Below, in pieces: positions 50,398 to 63,284 of a DNA stretch of 64,000 nt. How positions within the stretch are numbered: position 1 is the stretch's first letter; each line of letters starts with the position of its first letter. The notes beneath the pieces are model-generated. The model was not told the origin of the DNA. It made no database searches and saw only the letters and a program-made list of their open reading frames with translations. The translations under genes were made by a program, and so were the position numbers. The stretch comes from Hydrolagus colliei (taxonomy: Eukaryota), in the NCBI GenBank assembly GCA_035084275.1, contig CM068745.1, forward strand, positions 41,912,001 through 41,976,000, given 5' to 3'.

Positions 50398-50780
50398 ACA
50401 TTCAAAGCATTCCACGGCCTCACCCCACCCTACCTCTGCGACCTCCGAAGCCCCTACCAACCTGCCCGCGCCCCCGCTCAGCAGGCTCTTGCCTGCTCGA
50501 TTGACATCCCTTGACTCACCCACTCCATCAATGCCGTGAGAGCCTTCAGCCACTCTGCCCCCAACCTCTGGAACTCCATTCTGTAGTCCCTCCATCTCGC
50601 CCACTCCCTGGCCTCCATCAAGTCCTGCCTCAGGACCCTGATCTTCGACAGTCGCATCGGTCACCCCAAATCCCTTCTTTCCCTCCACCCTCCCCATCCT
50701 CGACCCCAGCTTGGGTCTAAAACAATGACTTGGGACGTCCTCCTGACCTGAAAGGCGCTATACAAGTGTGATTTTGTTGT
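50398..50780 (+). mobile_element. L2 3' fragment at the upstream edge of the copy C block
   Basis: L2 tail motifs; homology to the A/B flank ends at ~50395. Confidence 0.7.
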
Positions 50781-50784
50781 GTTT

Positions 50785-51065
50785 GATATAGCACTTTTCA
50801 CTTCTTCTAGACGTCTCAAAAAGCTTCACAGATTATACTGTAAAGTGAATTGATTGTATATATGTGGGCAAAACGCGGGAGCTAATTGCACACAGCAGTG
50901 TTCCACAAACACAAACGTGGATTGAAATAAGCAATTTTTTTTTGAGGGATTATTATTAAGCATGTGGAATAAGGAATGTTGCCTAAGGTTTTGCTCTGCC
51001 TGGAATTGAACCCAGGTCTTTCACTTGTAAGTCGAGTGCTCTAACCACTGAGCTACAGGACTCCA
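50785..51065 (-). mobile_element. Deu-core-like SINE
   Basis: Reverse-complement family copy ending accactgagctacaggac. Confidence 0.75.
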
Positions 51066-52642
51066 CGTAATGGTCTGTAACTTTCAAAATACTATATGTT
51101 GCTTGACATTCGTTAAACTGCAGATGCAGAACAACAAAATCTAACAAACCAAACTGCATTTGTTGAGCATCTTTCACGTTGGGAGGATGTCCCAATGCGC
51201 ATTCAGGGGTCAAGAACCAAGCATGGGCAGTGGAGGGGGGGAGGGGGTGTGGGGGGAGCAGTGGGCAAGTTTGGGATGAAGGAGGGTAGGGAGGTGTATG
51301 GCGGCTGAAGGCACGGTCGAAACACATGGATGTGAAATAAGAAAGTGGATGTAAAAGGCCATCGAGTTAATGCTTAAGGCCATCTCTCCCCCCTACTCCC
51401 CAGCTCGGAGTCGGGCTCCGCCATTGTTAAGCTTTCTGAGATGCTACCCTGCATGGAGGGCACTATATAAGTGCAAATAGTTGTTGCAGGAAAGGACACA
51501 AGCTGCAGGGTTCTGCAGATTGTGGACAGAAGAGTTGGGAGGACTGACAAGTGAGGAGATGGCATGGCATAATTGAGTCTGGATGTGATCAATGCATGAA
51601 TGCGGGACTCAGTGACATAAGGGGAGAGGCAGTGGTGGAGCCAGGTGATGTTGTGGAGGTGGGGGAAGTCAGAATGGGTCACAGAATGAAAGTGGGCTTT
51701 GAGGCAGTTGAGGGTTAAACAAGGTGTCAACGCGCAATGAGGTGCAGAGTATCTCTAAGAATAGTGATGCTGTCAGCACCCAAGGTGTGGAGGCTCTGAC
51801 AGGAGCCAAGCCCTCCGGCCACAGTCTTTTTGAAATTTAACTAGAGAAAGTTAGCTCTTATCCAGGACTTAAGTCTGACAATGCACCAGGAAGAGACTGG
51901 TTGGCTAGTGTAACCAGCAGGGCCCTGGAGTACTACAGATCCACCTTACTTATGAACCAGAATATCTGGACCAGCTCAGAAGAATCAACTGAATTCTGAG
52001 AATTCATTGGAACCAACCCAGCCCTAAAGAGTCTTGAATAATCTACTCCTATTGAAGGATGCAGCCGTCACTCAATCTTTTACATTGAGCAATGCTTCCA
52101 CCAGTTGGAAGTGACAGCAATAAAATAAGGTTAAAAGGGTTTTTTTGTTTGGGAGTTGAATTGTCAGAGGTGCTATAAGATTATATTTCTGGTGCTTACT
52201 GTTTTTAAGATTTTGGATCAGTATACTTTTAAAATACAGTGTAACCAAATACTGATGGAGGTGGAGTTAGAAACATATAAAATATATAATTTTTAAATAG
52301 TTGGAGTCGCTTCGAAGGTCAGAGCACTTCCCAGTGGAATTGATATTCATTCTAGTGTATCTATTTGAGAATACGTTAAGCTGTTTGTATTACTTAATAA
52401 ACCTTGGATTATTACATTATCATATTGGTCATCTCCATTTGAATCTCTTACAGTGCTATTGTTTAGATGAGATGTTAATCCAAGGTTTCATCTGCCTGTT
52501 GAGTTACCCGTTAAAGATCCCATGGCACTATCAGAAAAAGCGAAGGCAGTTTCTCCTGGCATCCTGGCTAACAATCCCCCAAAATAAAATTGGTCACTCA
52601 TTTCAGCTGGAACATTGCTGTGTGCAATAAAATAACGTTATA

Positions 52643-53319
52643 CAGTTAACCCTCGCCAAACGTGGCAGTTATGTTCCTGGAAAACTGCGCACTCGATAAA
52701 ATCGCATTCAGTAAGCTTAGCAAGTAATGGGAAAAAGGGGGTGAGGGGAATTCAGCCACAGGCTACCCACATCAAGCTTCGCTCCCCGGTCTCGTCGCTC
52801 TCCCCACTCTCATAGCTCTCCCCGCTCTCGTCGCTCTCCCTGCGCTCTTCGCTCTCGTCGCTCTCCCCACTCCCATAACAGTCCGAGGCCGAGGAATCAT
52901 CGGCCTCAAACTCCATTAAAGTGGATGCTTGGGAAGAGGCTGAAGCAGATGGCCAAGAAGATGCAGCAAGTTTTCAGTGGATGACTGCTGAGACAAACTG
53001 GAAGGTTGAAAGAAGGAAGTGATTTTCCGTTGTTTTGCCTTCCACCGAAAGTCTTTCATGAGCTTCCTGTAAGGTCCTAAGAGGCCATCCAGACCTGTTT
53101 TAAATTTCAGACTCCTTTCCATTATGGGGTCCATCTTCAAGCTTGACCTCCCAAGTGTGCATCGCGCGGAGCCGTTGTCCTCTCAACTGTGCATGCGCGC
53201 GGGGCCAGCCAGCGCATATACGCAAGTGTTACATGCATTACGAAAAAAAATGATGCATTTTTTCTTTGCATCTAGTTGAATTCGCAATTGAGAAAGTCGC
53301 GTTTGGTGAGTGTTAACTG
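52643..53319 (-). mobile_element. Internally deleted Tigger/pogo transposon with transposase C-terminal remnant
   Basis: TIRs CAGTTAACCCTCGCCAAACG and rc CAGTTAACACTCACCAAACG; TA TSD; ORF 52916..53140 MDPIMERSLKF..KQRKITSFF. Confidence 0.85.
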
Positions 53320-53709
53320 TAAAAGGTTTGCCTACAAATACACAGTTACAACATTTCACAGTAAATCAAGTAAATTGCGATCGTTTGCTCATACCCTCCT
53401 TGTGAGGAGGTACGCAGGATCCCTTGGAGCTGAACTGGCTCCAAGGTGACATGCCTCGCAATGGAATGTAGTAATCGAGCCAGCCCTCTGTGGTCGTCTC
53501 TCATCTGACTCCTGAGCCAGGCAGGTCCACAATATTCCAGCGCTCTACTGATGTCCACACAGCCAGGTTAACATCTCATTCATTTCCTGTTAACCCAACA
53601 AGCCAAAGATAGGATGGTCCTAGCTGGACTAGCAATGGGAAAGCTTGCCATAAAGCAATTTCAATGGAAAGCTATGCGTTTTGAGCTAGTTAGACTCAAG
53701 CAGTACCCA

Positions 53710-54760
53710 CCAGTCAATCATGCCATCCTCTTCCACTGCCTGTCCTCCATCATCCACCTCAGTAGGACCGTACTCACCTGGTTCAAGTCTTACCTCACAA
53801 ACTGCCAGCATTACATCTCTACTGATGGCTTTTCTTCTCGCTTTTGCCCAGTTACCCACGGGGTACCCCAAGGATCCATCTTTGGCCCCCTTCTCTTCCT
53901 TATCTGCACGCTCCCTATGGGTGATGTCATCCGCAGACATGGGGTACACTTCCACATGTATGCTGATGATCCCCAACTCTACTTTTCCACCTCAATTCTG
54001 TGACCCCCACTCCCCTGATGTACTGTCATCCTGCCTGTTAGAAATCAAGAGCTGGATGAGTGCGAATTTCCTTCAGCTCAATGTTGACAAGACGGAAGTC
54101 ATACTCTTTGGCTCTCGTTGACGTCTTCAATCGCATGGCTCTCACCTCCTCCACCTACCCAACCTGCCACTTAGGCATCAAAACCTGTACGCAACTTAGG
54201 CGTCAGGTTTGATCCCCAATTATCCTTCGTCCCCCACATCCGGTCCCTCACCGGCACCGCTTTCTTCCATCTCCGATGCATTGCTTGTCTCCACCAATAT
54301 CTCACCCCCAAAAAATCAAAAATTCTGCGGCCCACATTGTCACCTGAACCAAACTTCACTCCCCAATTACCCCAGTTCTTGCCAGACTTCACTGGCTCCC
54401 CTGTCTCGGAACAGATCGATTTCAAGAACCTCACTCTTGTTTTCAAATCCCTCCACTCCTCTGTACCCCCTAACTCTCTGACTTCCTCTCTCCTCACAAC
54501 AGCACCTGTTGCCTTCGCTCTACCGGTTCTGGTATCCTCCATGTCCCCCGAATCCTCCGTTCTACCGTTGGCGGCTGCACCTTCAACCACTCTGCCCCGA
54601 TGCTCCGGAACTCCCTTCCTCACTGCCTTTGCTCTTTTCCTATTTTCAGGTCATGGCTAAAGACCTTTCTTTTCGACTGTGTTTTTGGTCATCTTTTTCG
54701 GCCTCCCCCTGGCTCAGCCAGGGGATTCGTAATTGTGAAGCACTCTAAGACACTCCAGCG
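53710..54760 (+). mobile_element. L2 ORF2 fragment
   Basis: GVPQGSIFGPLLF and HMYADDPQLY RT motifs. Confidence 0.85.
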
Positions 54761-55229
54761 TGGATGGCAGTATACTGTCTCTCTCTCTCTGTCTGTCTCT
54801 CTCTCTGTGTTTCAATCCACTGTTGGCTGTTTGTGGGACCCCACTGTGTGCAATTGGCTGCCACGCTTCGCCCACAAATACAGTATACAGTCAATTATAC
54901 AGTATATTCTGTGAAGCGCTTTGAGACGTCAATAAGATGTGGAAAACGCTGTATCAAATGCAAGGATTATTATTTATTATTATAAATCCAAGCTGATGTT
55001 GTATGCACGGGCCAACCTGCGCCTGATACTTTCCGAAATTTGGTAATGCCAGATGTGTCCCTCCAGAGTGAGCATTACAACAATCTAGCTCTGGAATTTC
55101 CATATATAGGTGGGATGTATGGAATCTTAGCTTGGATTGGATACTTTTAAGCCATGGTGATGGACTTGCTCAGGGGCCAGACAGACACCCCCAAGTGAGC
55201 AGCTCCTCCTCCTCCTCATTGTTATTAAC

Positions 55230-55860
55230 AGCAACTAAGGGAACCGCCGCCATGACGTAATAACTTGACGTGATCACGCAGAGCACGCCAATCGTGGACA
55301 CGGCGTCGTCAGGGAGACCGAAGGCACCGGGTGGAGGGGGAATCAGGGGGAGAGACAGGCGGCACCGGGGAGAGACCGGGGGCACCGGGTAGGAGGGAGC
55401 CAGTGATAATCCGGGGGGCACAGTGCAGAGCGGGCATCAGGGGAGGAGAGGGCACCGGGGGAGAGACCGGGGGCACAGGGAAGGAGAGGGAGACTGGCGG
55501 CACCGGGGGAGACCGGCGGCACCGGGGGAGGAGGCGGCGGTAACGGCGACACCGACACCCCAGGTATCTGCGGGGCGGGGGGTGGGGGGGGGGTAGCGAC
55601 CCCTCCAGAAGCCGCTTCTCTCGGCACTTGTGAAGTTTGGTGTCGGTGGCGGTGATGGTTCACGTTGTGTGGCCTCCCTTCCTTCAGTGCCGGGGCGGGC
55701 GGGCGGGCGGGCGGTGGGGGGGCCCGGGTGCGGGGTCAGGCGCGGCCTGGCTGCTGTGTGTCGGCCAGGCCAGCGGTCTCGCTTATGTCTCTTGTCCCCG
55801 GCGCCGGGTGGCCTGAGCCTCGGCTGCCGTGTGAGCTGAGCCTGGACCCTGGTCAGAAGG
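55230..55860. promoter_or_regulatory. CpG island, probable promoter of the ARL13-like gene
   Basis: Very GC- and CpG-rich in an AT-rich window. CRE/ATF-like TGACGTAA (55253) and TGACGTGA (55266), CCAAT (55288), GGGCGG boxes near 55695. Confidence 0.65.
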
Positions 55861-55977
55861 CAGACAAGCTGCCCCGACATTGACAACAAACAAAGTGTTG
55901 CCGAACGACCACAAACATAAAGAAACGGGTTAATACCACAGCAGCTCGCCAGGGGAGGAAACTGACCAATGCAGGGT

Positions 55978-56330
55978 GTTATAATAATAATTCCTTGCAT
56001 TTTTGATGTAGCGCTTTTCACGTCTTCTATATACGGGTCTCACGATTGTAAGGGCAAGCACTCTTAACCACTGAGCTACAGGACTCTACAAGGGATAAGG
56101 AAGGGAAAAACAAGTACATCCTTGGCCATTCGTGGAATTACTGTACTTGACAAAAAGTTATTTCTCCCTTCTGGAGGAAAGGGGGTGGGGTTTGCAATGT
56201 GTAAACACAATGCCTGTTCATGTTAGGTTTTTAATAATAATCCTTGCATTTGATATAGCGCTTTTCACGTCTTCTAGATGTCTCAAAACGCTTCACAGAA
56301 TATACTGTAAAATGAATTGACTGTATAGTT
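55978..56330 (-). mobile_element. SINE fragments
   Basis: Two ataataatccttgcattt tails plus head and core pieces. Confidence 0.6.
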
Positions 56331-56714
56331 GTGGGAGCAACGATATCCTGTTGCCTTTAGTGCATTTTAATCTGCTATAGTGCATCTCTGTGAATGCCAG
56401 CCTTAACATTACTTGACGTGTTTGGGACATGACATGTCAAGCGGCAGCCAGGATGGTGGAAGGTGAACTAGATGGACCTTGGTGTTCTTTCGCCTAGCAA
56501 ATTCTTATGCACTCATGTTGTTATTACTGATCACTGTACCATGGCTATAGACTTCAGTATTAGATTTGGCAAGGTATTGAAGTGGAATGTAATGAATAGC
56601 ACAGTAATTCGTGCTCCCGTTCCCACCCAGTCACCTGCAGACCACCCCAGGGCTCCATCTTTGGCCCTCTTATTTTATTTGTCTGTAAGCTCTCTTAGGG
56701 TGATGTCTTAGGGT

Positions 56715-57990
56715 GATCTTCGAGTTTAAGATCCTCGTCCTCACCTACAAGGCCTTACACGGCCTTGCCCCATCCTACCTAACAGATCTACTCTCCCCCT
56801 ACACGCCCACCCGGACCCTCCGTTCAACAGGACTTGGCCTACTCCAAGCCCCCCGTCCGAACCGCCCCACCATCGGAGGCCGGGCCTTCAGTTTCTCCTT
56901 CCATATGCCATCCTTCCATAAGGCATTCCTTATGGAATGCCATCCCTCAATCCCTCCGTTTCGCCTCTTCCCTTTCCTCTTTCAAGGCCGATTTGAAGAC
57001 TTTCCTCTTCGATCATGCCTTTTGTTCCACCCCGAACTCTTTTACCTCCCCTTCGTGTTTCACCCCTTCCCAAACACTCCCCTCCCAGCTCGGGTCACAC
57101 GCCTCTTGTTCAGCGCCTTGGGACGTCCTCCCGACGTGAAAGGCGCTCTATAAATGTAAATTGTTGTTGTTGTTGTTGTTGTCACCTGCAGACACAGGGT
57201 AAACTTCCACGTGTATGTGGATGACACACAAATCTACTTTGCCTCCTCCAATAGCAACTCCAGGTCTGTGGATGTTCTATCAGCTTGTCATGAGTGTAAA
57301 CTTCCTGCAGCTGAATGTGGACAAGACAAAAACCATATTCCTTGTCTTCCGTAAAGGTCTTCACTCCTGTGGTTCTAAACTGCCTCAGACTCATCAAATT
57401 AGGGCGCAATCTAAGCATCTGGATCGACCCCAGTTGTCTTTTCTCTCCCACATCCGGTCAGTGGCCTTCGCCACATTTCCTGCCTCCAAATGTACCTTAC
57501 CCCAAATGCAGCTGAAACCCTCGTGCATGCGTTTGTCACCTCCCGCTTGGATTACTCCAATGTACTTCTCACCAGTCTCCTCAGCTCCACCATTCAAAAG
57601 ATCCAGCTAATTCAGAACTCTGCTGCCCACATACTGATCCAGACCAAACTCCGTACCCACATCTCACCAGTTCTGGCCAGGCTCCACTGACTCCCCATCA
57701 ACAAATGGATTGACTTCAAGATCCTCATACATGTTGAAATTCACTCACTCCCTGGCACCTCCCTACCACTCCGACTTCACTCCCCAGTCATTCGCTTGAC
57801 TGGCACCGGCCCTTTGCTTGTTCTTTGCACCCTTCGCCTCACCATTGGAAGTCATGCTTTCAGCCACTGTGCCCCCAAACTCTGCAATGCTTTTCCTGAA
57901 TTCCTCTACCTTGCCTTCTTTCTACCCCTTTTCAAATCCCACTTGAAAACCTTCCTCTTCGACAATACTTGCAGCCATTCACCCTATTAT
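56715..57990 (+). mobile_element. Two adjacent L2 fragments (56715-57180 young; 57180-57990 older)
   Basis: FKILVLTYKALHGLAPSYL motif; then ETLVHAFVTSRLDY motif. Confidence 0.85.
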
Positions 57991-58439
57991 TGCGTTAATG
58001 TTGTTTTTGTTTACAAATTGATTTTAAAAATTCTCTTTCCCAGCTGAGAATATTGAATGTAAAAACATGAATTTTGAAAAGAATCAGAATTTTATTTTGA
58101 GACTTGATTTTTTTCGCAATGTACTATAGAACTACCAGTTCTCAACTCCCCCTGTTAAGGACATTTAGCTGAAGAACTCTTGTATGGGTCTACCTTATTA
58201 TAACATGTTGCTTTGAAACCAAAAATATTAAACACCATGTTATAATGAGTCTGGAGAAAAAATAGTAACTGATTTCACTTCAGGGCTTTCTTCCTCACAT
58301 GAAAGGCGCTATACAAATGTAATTTTGTTGTTGTTATCTGTTTGTTGCTTTGTGGCATGAATTGACTGGCAATGTTGCATGAATACGCAGAAGTTGACCA
58401 GTTTCCACTGGAAGCCAGAAGTGTACTGGACTTTTGGTA

Positions 58440-58810
58440 GTAAAAGTAATAATCATTGAATTGATATAGCATCTTAGCATACCTACGAGACGTCTCAAAA
58501 CGCTTGACAGAATATACTGTAAAGTGAATTGACTCTGTGTTTTGTGGGTGAAACACAACAGCCAATTGCACACAGCAGTGTCCAACAAACAGTCATGGAT
58601 TGAGTGACCAAATCATATTTATTTATTTTGAAGGAATTATTATTTCTGGAAAAGTGATCAGCCGATTGACTAACAACCAGGTTCCTACCAACTGCTAGGT
58701 AAACAGTTGCGGAGTAAGGAAACTTGCCCAACGTTTCACTCTGCCTGGAATCAAATTTGGGTCCTCTCGCTTGTGAGGTTAGGGCTGTAACCACTAAGCT
58801 ACATGCCTCC
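58440..58810 (-). mobile_element. Deu-core-like SINE
   Basis: Reverse-complement family copy. Confidence 0.7.
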
Positions 58811-59236
58811 ACACTAAGCCACAGGACTCTTCCATGGGTATGGAGAATACCTGGTTTAAAAGGGATCATATGCTCACCCTGTGTTTCTGTTCAACTCTAC
58901 AATTTGTTTGATAGCAGTGCTACAAACTTACATTGTGGGGAGGACCATCATGCCAGGTTTACAATTGGTCTATGTTCAAACCATGTTTATGCTGCTGTGT
59001 TTTAACATGTGTTTTAGACAACATAATACAAAGCTGAATTTAGCATTTGAAATAATATACAAATCCGAATTTACAAGTGACGAAAATGTATGCAACGGTC
59101 ATCAAAGCTATGGTGTGACGAGGTGGAGATGTGTAACAGGGCCAAGTTAGCAATGTCATAGGCAGGTGCAGGAGATAACAGGGTGGACTTGGTGCAGGAG
59201 ATCACAGGGTGGACTTGGTCCAAGGTATGGGTAGTA

Positions 59237-60007
59237 CAGGTACCCCGCCCCAACCGCGGCCTCATCAACCACGAAACTCATGCATCCATGGTTTGCTAAA
59301 TGCGACAACCCTTGCCAACCACCACGGCTTATAACCCTTGCTTGTCCATGGGTTTTAACACTAACACTGGCATTTAGCGCAAGGACCCAGTTGCATCAAC
59401 GAGCCTCGATGTCGCTTCGCGCTAGCGTTTAGCGCTAGGACCCAGTTGTGATGTTGCAATCAACCAGCGACAACACTTCTCTCTTAGCATTAAGGTAAAT
59501 ACAGTAACATGAATTTATTGTCGCTTCTCCGCAGCCTAGCTAGTACGTTTGGGAGCATTGGCTGCCAGGATCTGCAGATCTCTCTCTGTGTAAGTGTATA
59601 ACAGGCTGTAGAAGTCTCTCTCTGTATCTCAGGCTGAAGAGGGATCGCTCTATCTCTCTCTGTGAGTGCAACTCGGACTTTAAAAAGCTCTCTCTCTCAC
59701 CTCTCTATTTCACCTTCTCTTCCCCCACTTCTCTTCCCCACCCTCCCCTTCTCGCTCACCTTCTCTCTCTTCTCTGTCTGTGTGTAGATCAGTCAGTCAG
59801 ACAGATTGCTGCAGATGCGCCCAAACGTACGCCCCCTATCCCTATGTATGTTATAACTATGTTTTTTTTTGTGTTTAGTTCTACGAAATGCGAACTTACT
59901 CCCCATATCCCCATGTTTGCCATAGGGCCCTGTATTTTCCAACCGCGGTTTTACCAACCACGGAGATTTACAGGAACGTATCCCCCGCAGTTGGGGAAGG
60001 ATACCTG
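59237..60007. mobile_element. Tigger-like MITE
   Basis: TIRs CAGGTACCCCGCCCCAACCGCGG and rc CAGGTATCCTTCCCCAACTGCGG; TA on both flanks. Confidence 0.8.
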
Positions 60008-61361
60008 TATTTGAAAGTTGATCACAGTTACAATATGTGAAAAATCAATAGAAATCTGATACTAATTTATCTTTTCTGCCTACATTAAAGATAGACATGG
60101 AATGCTGCAACGTGTTGCAGAGCACAACTCCAAACAATCTATAAAATTGATAAGTGTCATTCTCTTTAATGTGGTGTCATATTATTGAGAACAACAACAA
60201 AAGATTACATTTGTATAGCACCTTTCATATGGAGGAGGACATCCCAAGATGTGAAAAGTCAGAGATTTGGACCCGAGTTAGGGGTTGGGAACAAGAGGGA
60301 TGGAGGGTTGGAGTAGCTGGGTGACCAAAATGAAATATCAAGCCAGTAACAGCTAATTATCAGGTTCTACTTTGTTTGGAGGTTTAGCTTTTTTTAAAAA
60401 AAAACTTTTCCCTTTTATTCTAATGCTTGTGAGACTTGGCATAGTGGTTTATTTTCTATAAAGCACCTGCCTTTGACAGGTATATGAATAGTGTTAAGCA
60501 TTAGTATTAGACCTGCCTACAATTTCAGCTGTGAAGTATAGAAATTATGATTGATTCTATGTTCAAAGTTGTATATATTTTTCAGTCCCATTTTTCTTTC
60601 TTTACTTCAGAAGCTACTTGAAAGTACTTGGCAAATGTAGCTGTGTGACAGAATATAGCCGAAAAAATGGTATCTACGCAATAGTGGGGTTTGTGTGCCA
60701 TATTATTTTTTACCTAAGTGTTTTGTAACAATACCAATGAGCCCTTCACTTATCATTTCTTACACAATATCTTATTTTGTATTTTCTCTTTCTAATGATG
60801 CAGATTGAAAAATAAATACATTTATTTATTTACATTTAAGTAATCGTGTTTGTTTTGTTTACTTATGGGAAGGTTATAGTAACTTGCATTTATACTGTAC
60901 CTTTCATTGGAAATAAATATATTTTATTTTTTACAAATAGAATTCAACCTTAAATGGAGATCAAGTCTATCTGCCTTTGATATAACAAAAATAACTAATC
61001 TTAAAATCCATTTGTGGTATGCATGGAAACAGGAGGGAAAGTTTTTTTTATGGAGAGTCATGAACAGTATGTTGGATGTATTTGTGGAATGGAATATTGT
61101 GTGTACTAAATAATAAACTACAGGATGCTCTTTTCCCCGAATTTGCCAGTACCAGGGCAAGTTGGAATAAATTCATGGTACACAAATGTCCCATATACGA
61201 AGAGTTATTACTTTGTATGGGAGGAATTTGATATCAATAATTGAAATGTGATACATCTGAAGTTCTCAATCTTATGTTGATTTTCCTCTTGTTTCAGATG
61301 TTCAATTCTCAATGGTTATGTGTTCATCTTAAATTCTCTGATCACAGAATTCGTAAGAGAG

Positions 61362-61420
61362 ATGTTTAGCCTCATGGCGAACTGCTGCACTTGGGTAAAA
61401 CTATGGCGAGAACCTGTCAG
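61362..61420 (+). CDS. ARL13B: ARL13B-like ciliary small GTPase, first coding exon (MFSLMANCCTWVKLWREPVR); gene continues beyond the window
   Basis: Closely matches the ARL13B N-terminus [20 protein letters not shown], including the palmitoylated CC. 59 nt ending AG|gtatga; exon acceptor ttgtttcag| at 61297. The ARL13A paralogue cannot be excluded. Confidence 0.82.
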
Positions 61421-61889
61421 GTATGAATTAAAACAATATTGCTCCAATTGAGCCTTACATTCATAAAAATATAAAATTCTAGTTTATACAATAACAAGAA
61501 AACATTTATACAGAGCCGTTCATTTGGGATAGTGTCTCAGAGCATTTAACAGCCTGACACCAAGCAAGGAGTAGGTGACCATAGGTATAGTTGAACAGGA
61601 AGTTAAAGAGGGGACAAGGCAAAGGGATTGTGTCAGAGAGTTCCAGTTTTGTGGCCAGAAGGCTGTGAGAGTAACTCTACATTGGGGCTCGCATAGTCTG
61701 GAACTTTCTAATGCACTGTCAGGGGTTTACATCATTGTTGGAGATACCTTATTTGGATAATATGTTGAATCAAGGGTCCTGTCTGCCAGTTCAGGTAGAT
61801 TTTAAATATCCCATGGCACTATTCAAAATGAGAAAGACACTAGTCCATTATCCCACTAAATTTGGTCATTCACATTATGGCCATGGCCC

Positions 61890-62720
61890 GCACTAGGCTC
61901 CGCGACCACATCACTCCCAATCTCGGTCGTCTCCACTGACTCCCAGAGCAGTGGTTCCCCACTTTTTTTTGCTGCAATCCAAATTGACTACCAGCAGGTC
62001 CTCGCGACCCAAACTTTTTGTTTGCTGTGACCCAAATTAACCACTAGAGGTGATATCGCAACTGAAGCTCAGTTTAGCCAAAACATTATCTCCGTCTGTT
62101 TAGTGGACTCAGCGCTACTCGTAAGTACGCTCTTTATACAAATTAGTCAGCGGTGTTGCATTTTTTATAGCGTTAAAAACTTATTTAGCATTAAAAAAGC
62201 ATTTTCAACATGAAAAAAAGGAGAAAAAAAAGGACTCCCATGGCCCTGATTTGAGTCGGGACCCGAGGTTGGGAACTACTATCCCAGAGGGTCGAATTCA
62301 AGATCCTCGTCCTCACTTTCAAGGCCATTCATGGCGTTGCCCCCACCTATCTCTCCGACCTACTGTCTCCCTATCAGCCTGCCCGTCCCTCCGTTCAGTG
62401 GGCTCTGGCCTGCTCCAAGTCTCCTGCCCAAACCGCCCTACCATCGGTGGCGAGGCTTTCAGCCTCTCTGCCCCCATACTCTGGAACTCTATCCTGCAAT
62501 CCGTTTGCCTCGCTTCCTCCCTTTCCTCCTTTAAGGTCGGTCTCAAGACCTTCCTCTTCGATCGTGCCTTCGCTTACCCTCCTAACTCTCCCCCCTCTCC
62601 CACTCTCCCCCTACTCCGATCCCCCCACCCCTCCGCTCGGGTCCCGACCTAACTGTTCAGCGCCTTCGGATGTCCTCCCAACGTGAAAGGCACTCTATAA
62701 ATGTAATTTTGTTGTTGTTA
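61890..62720 (+). mobile_element. L2 3' fragment (host of the hAT MITE) in an ARL13-like intron
   Basis: RIEFKILVLTFKA..TIGGEAFSLSAPILWNS and (gtt)n tail. Confidence 0.8.
61949..62281. mobile_element. hAT (Charlie-like) MITE inserted in an L2 fragment
   Basis: CAGTGGTTCCCCA left end, rc TAGTAGTTCCCAA right end; 8-bp TSD TCCCAGAG at 61941-61948 and 62282-62289. Confidence 0.85.
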
Positions 62721-63284
62721 TTTGTGGGTTGTGTGCACATTGCCTGCCACATTTTCCAATAACAACAACAACTTTGATTTATATAGTGTCCTCCACGCTG
62801 GACGGCATCTCAGAATGCTTATACAAATATATAGTTCACTTTTTAGTAAATGTCGTGAAGCCCTTTGAGATGTCTCGACGATGTGATAATATGCTCAAAT
62901 GCAAAGAAAATATAATGAATAATGTGTATTGAGGCTGGATGTAAAGAATAGAAAAATAAAAAAATTCTGCACAGGAAGAGGCCAAATGGATCATCATGTC
63001 TGACGACACTATTGATTTTCGAAATCACTTTTTGTATAAATCCCACTTTCCATGTCTCTTTCAATATCCTTTAATGGTTTGCAGTTCAGGTGCTTATCCA
63101 CTTTTGAATAATTCTGTTGATACAGCCTCAGTAAGCTCTTGTAATGAATTTCCAGATGTGATGGTGAATTCTATGCAATTGCAACACCAATTTGTATATT
63201 TGTAGTATTTTTAATGTAAGTAAACATCTTGGAAGATCTGTGTGAAAACTCAAGCAAGGTGGAGAAATATGGAAGTAATAACAA

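Noticed and set aside
55437-56021. 194-aa minus-strand ORF over the CpG island
   Set aside because: GC-rich sequence depletes stops; Pro/Arg/Gly-biased with no domain, and its start lies in a SINE remnant.
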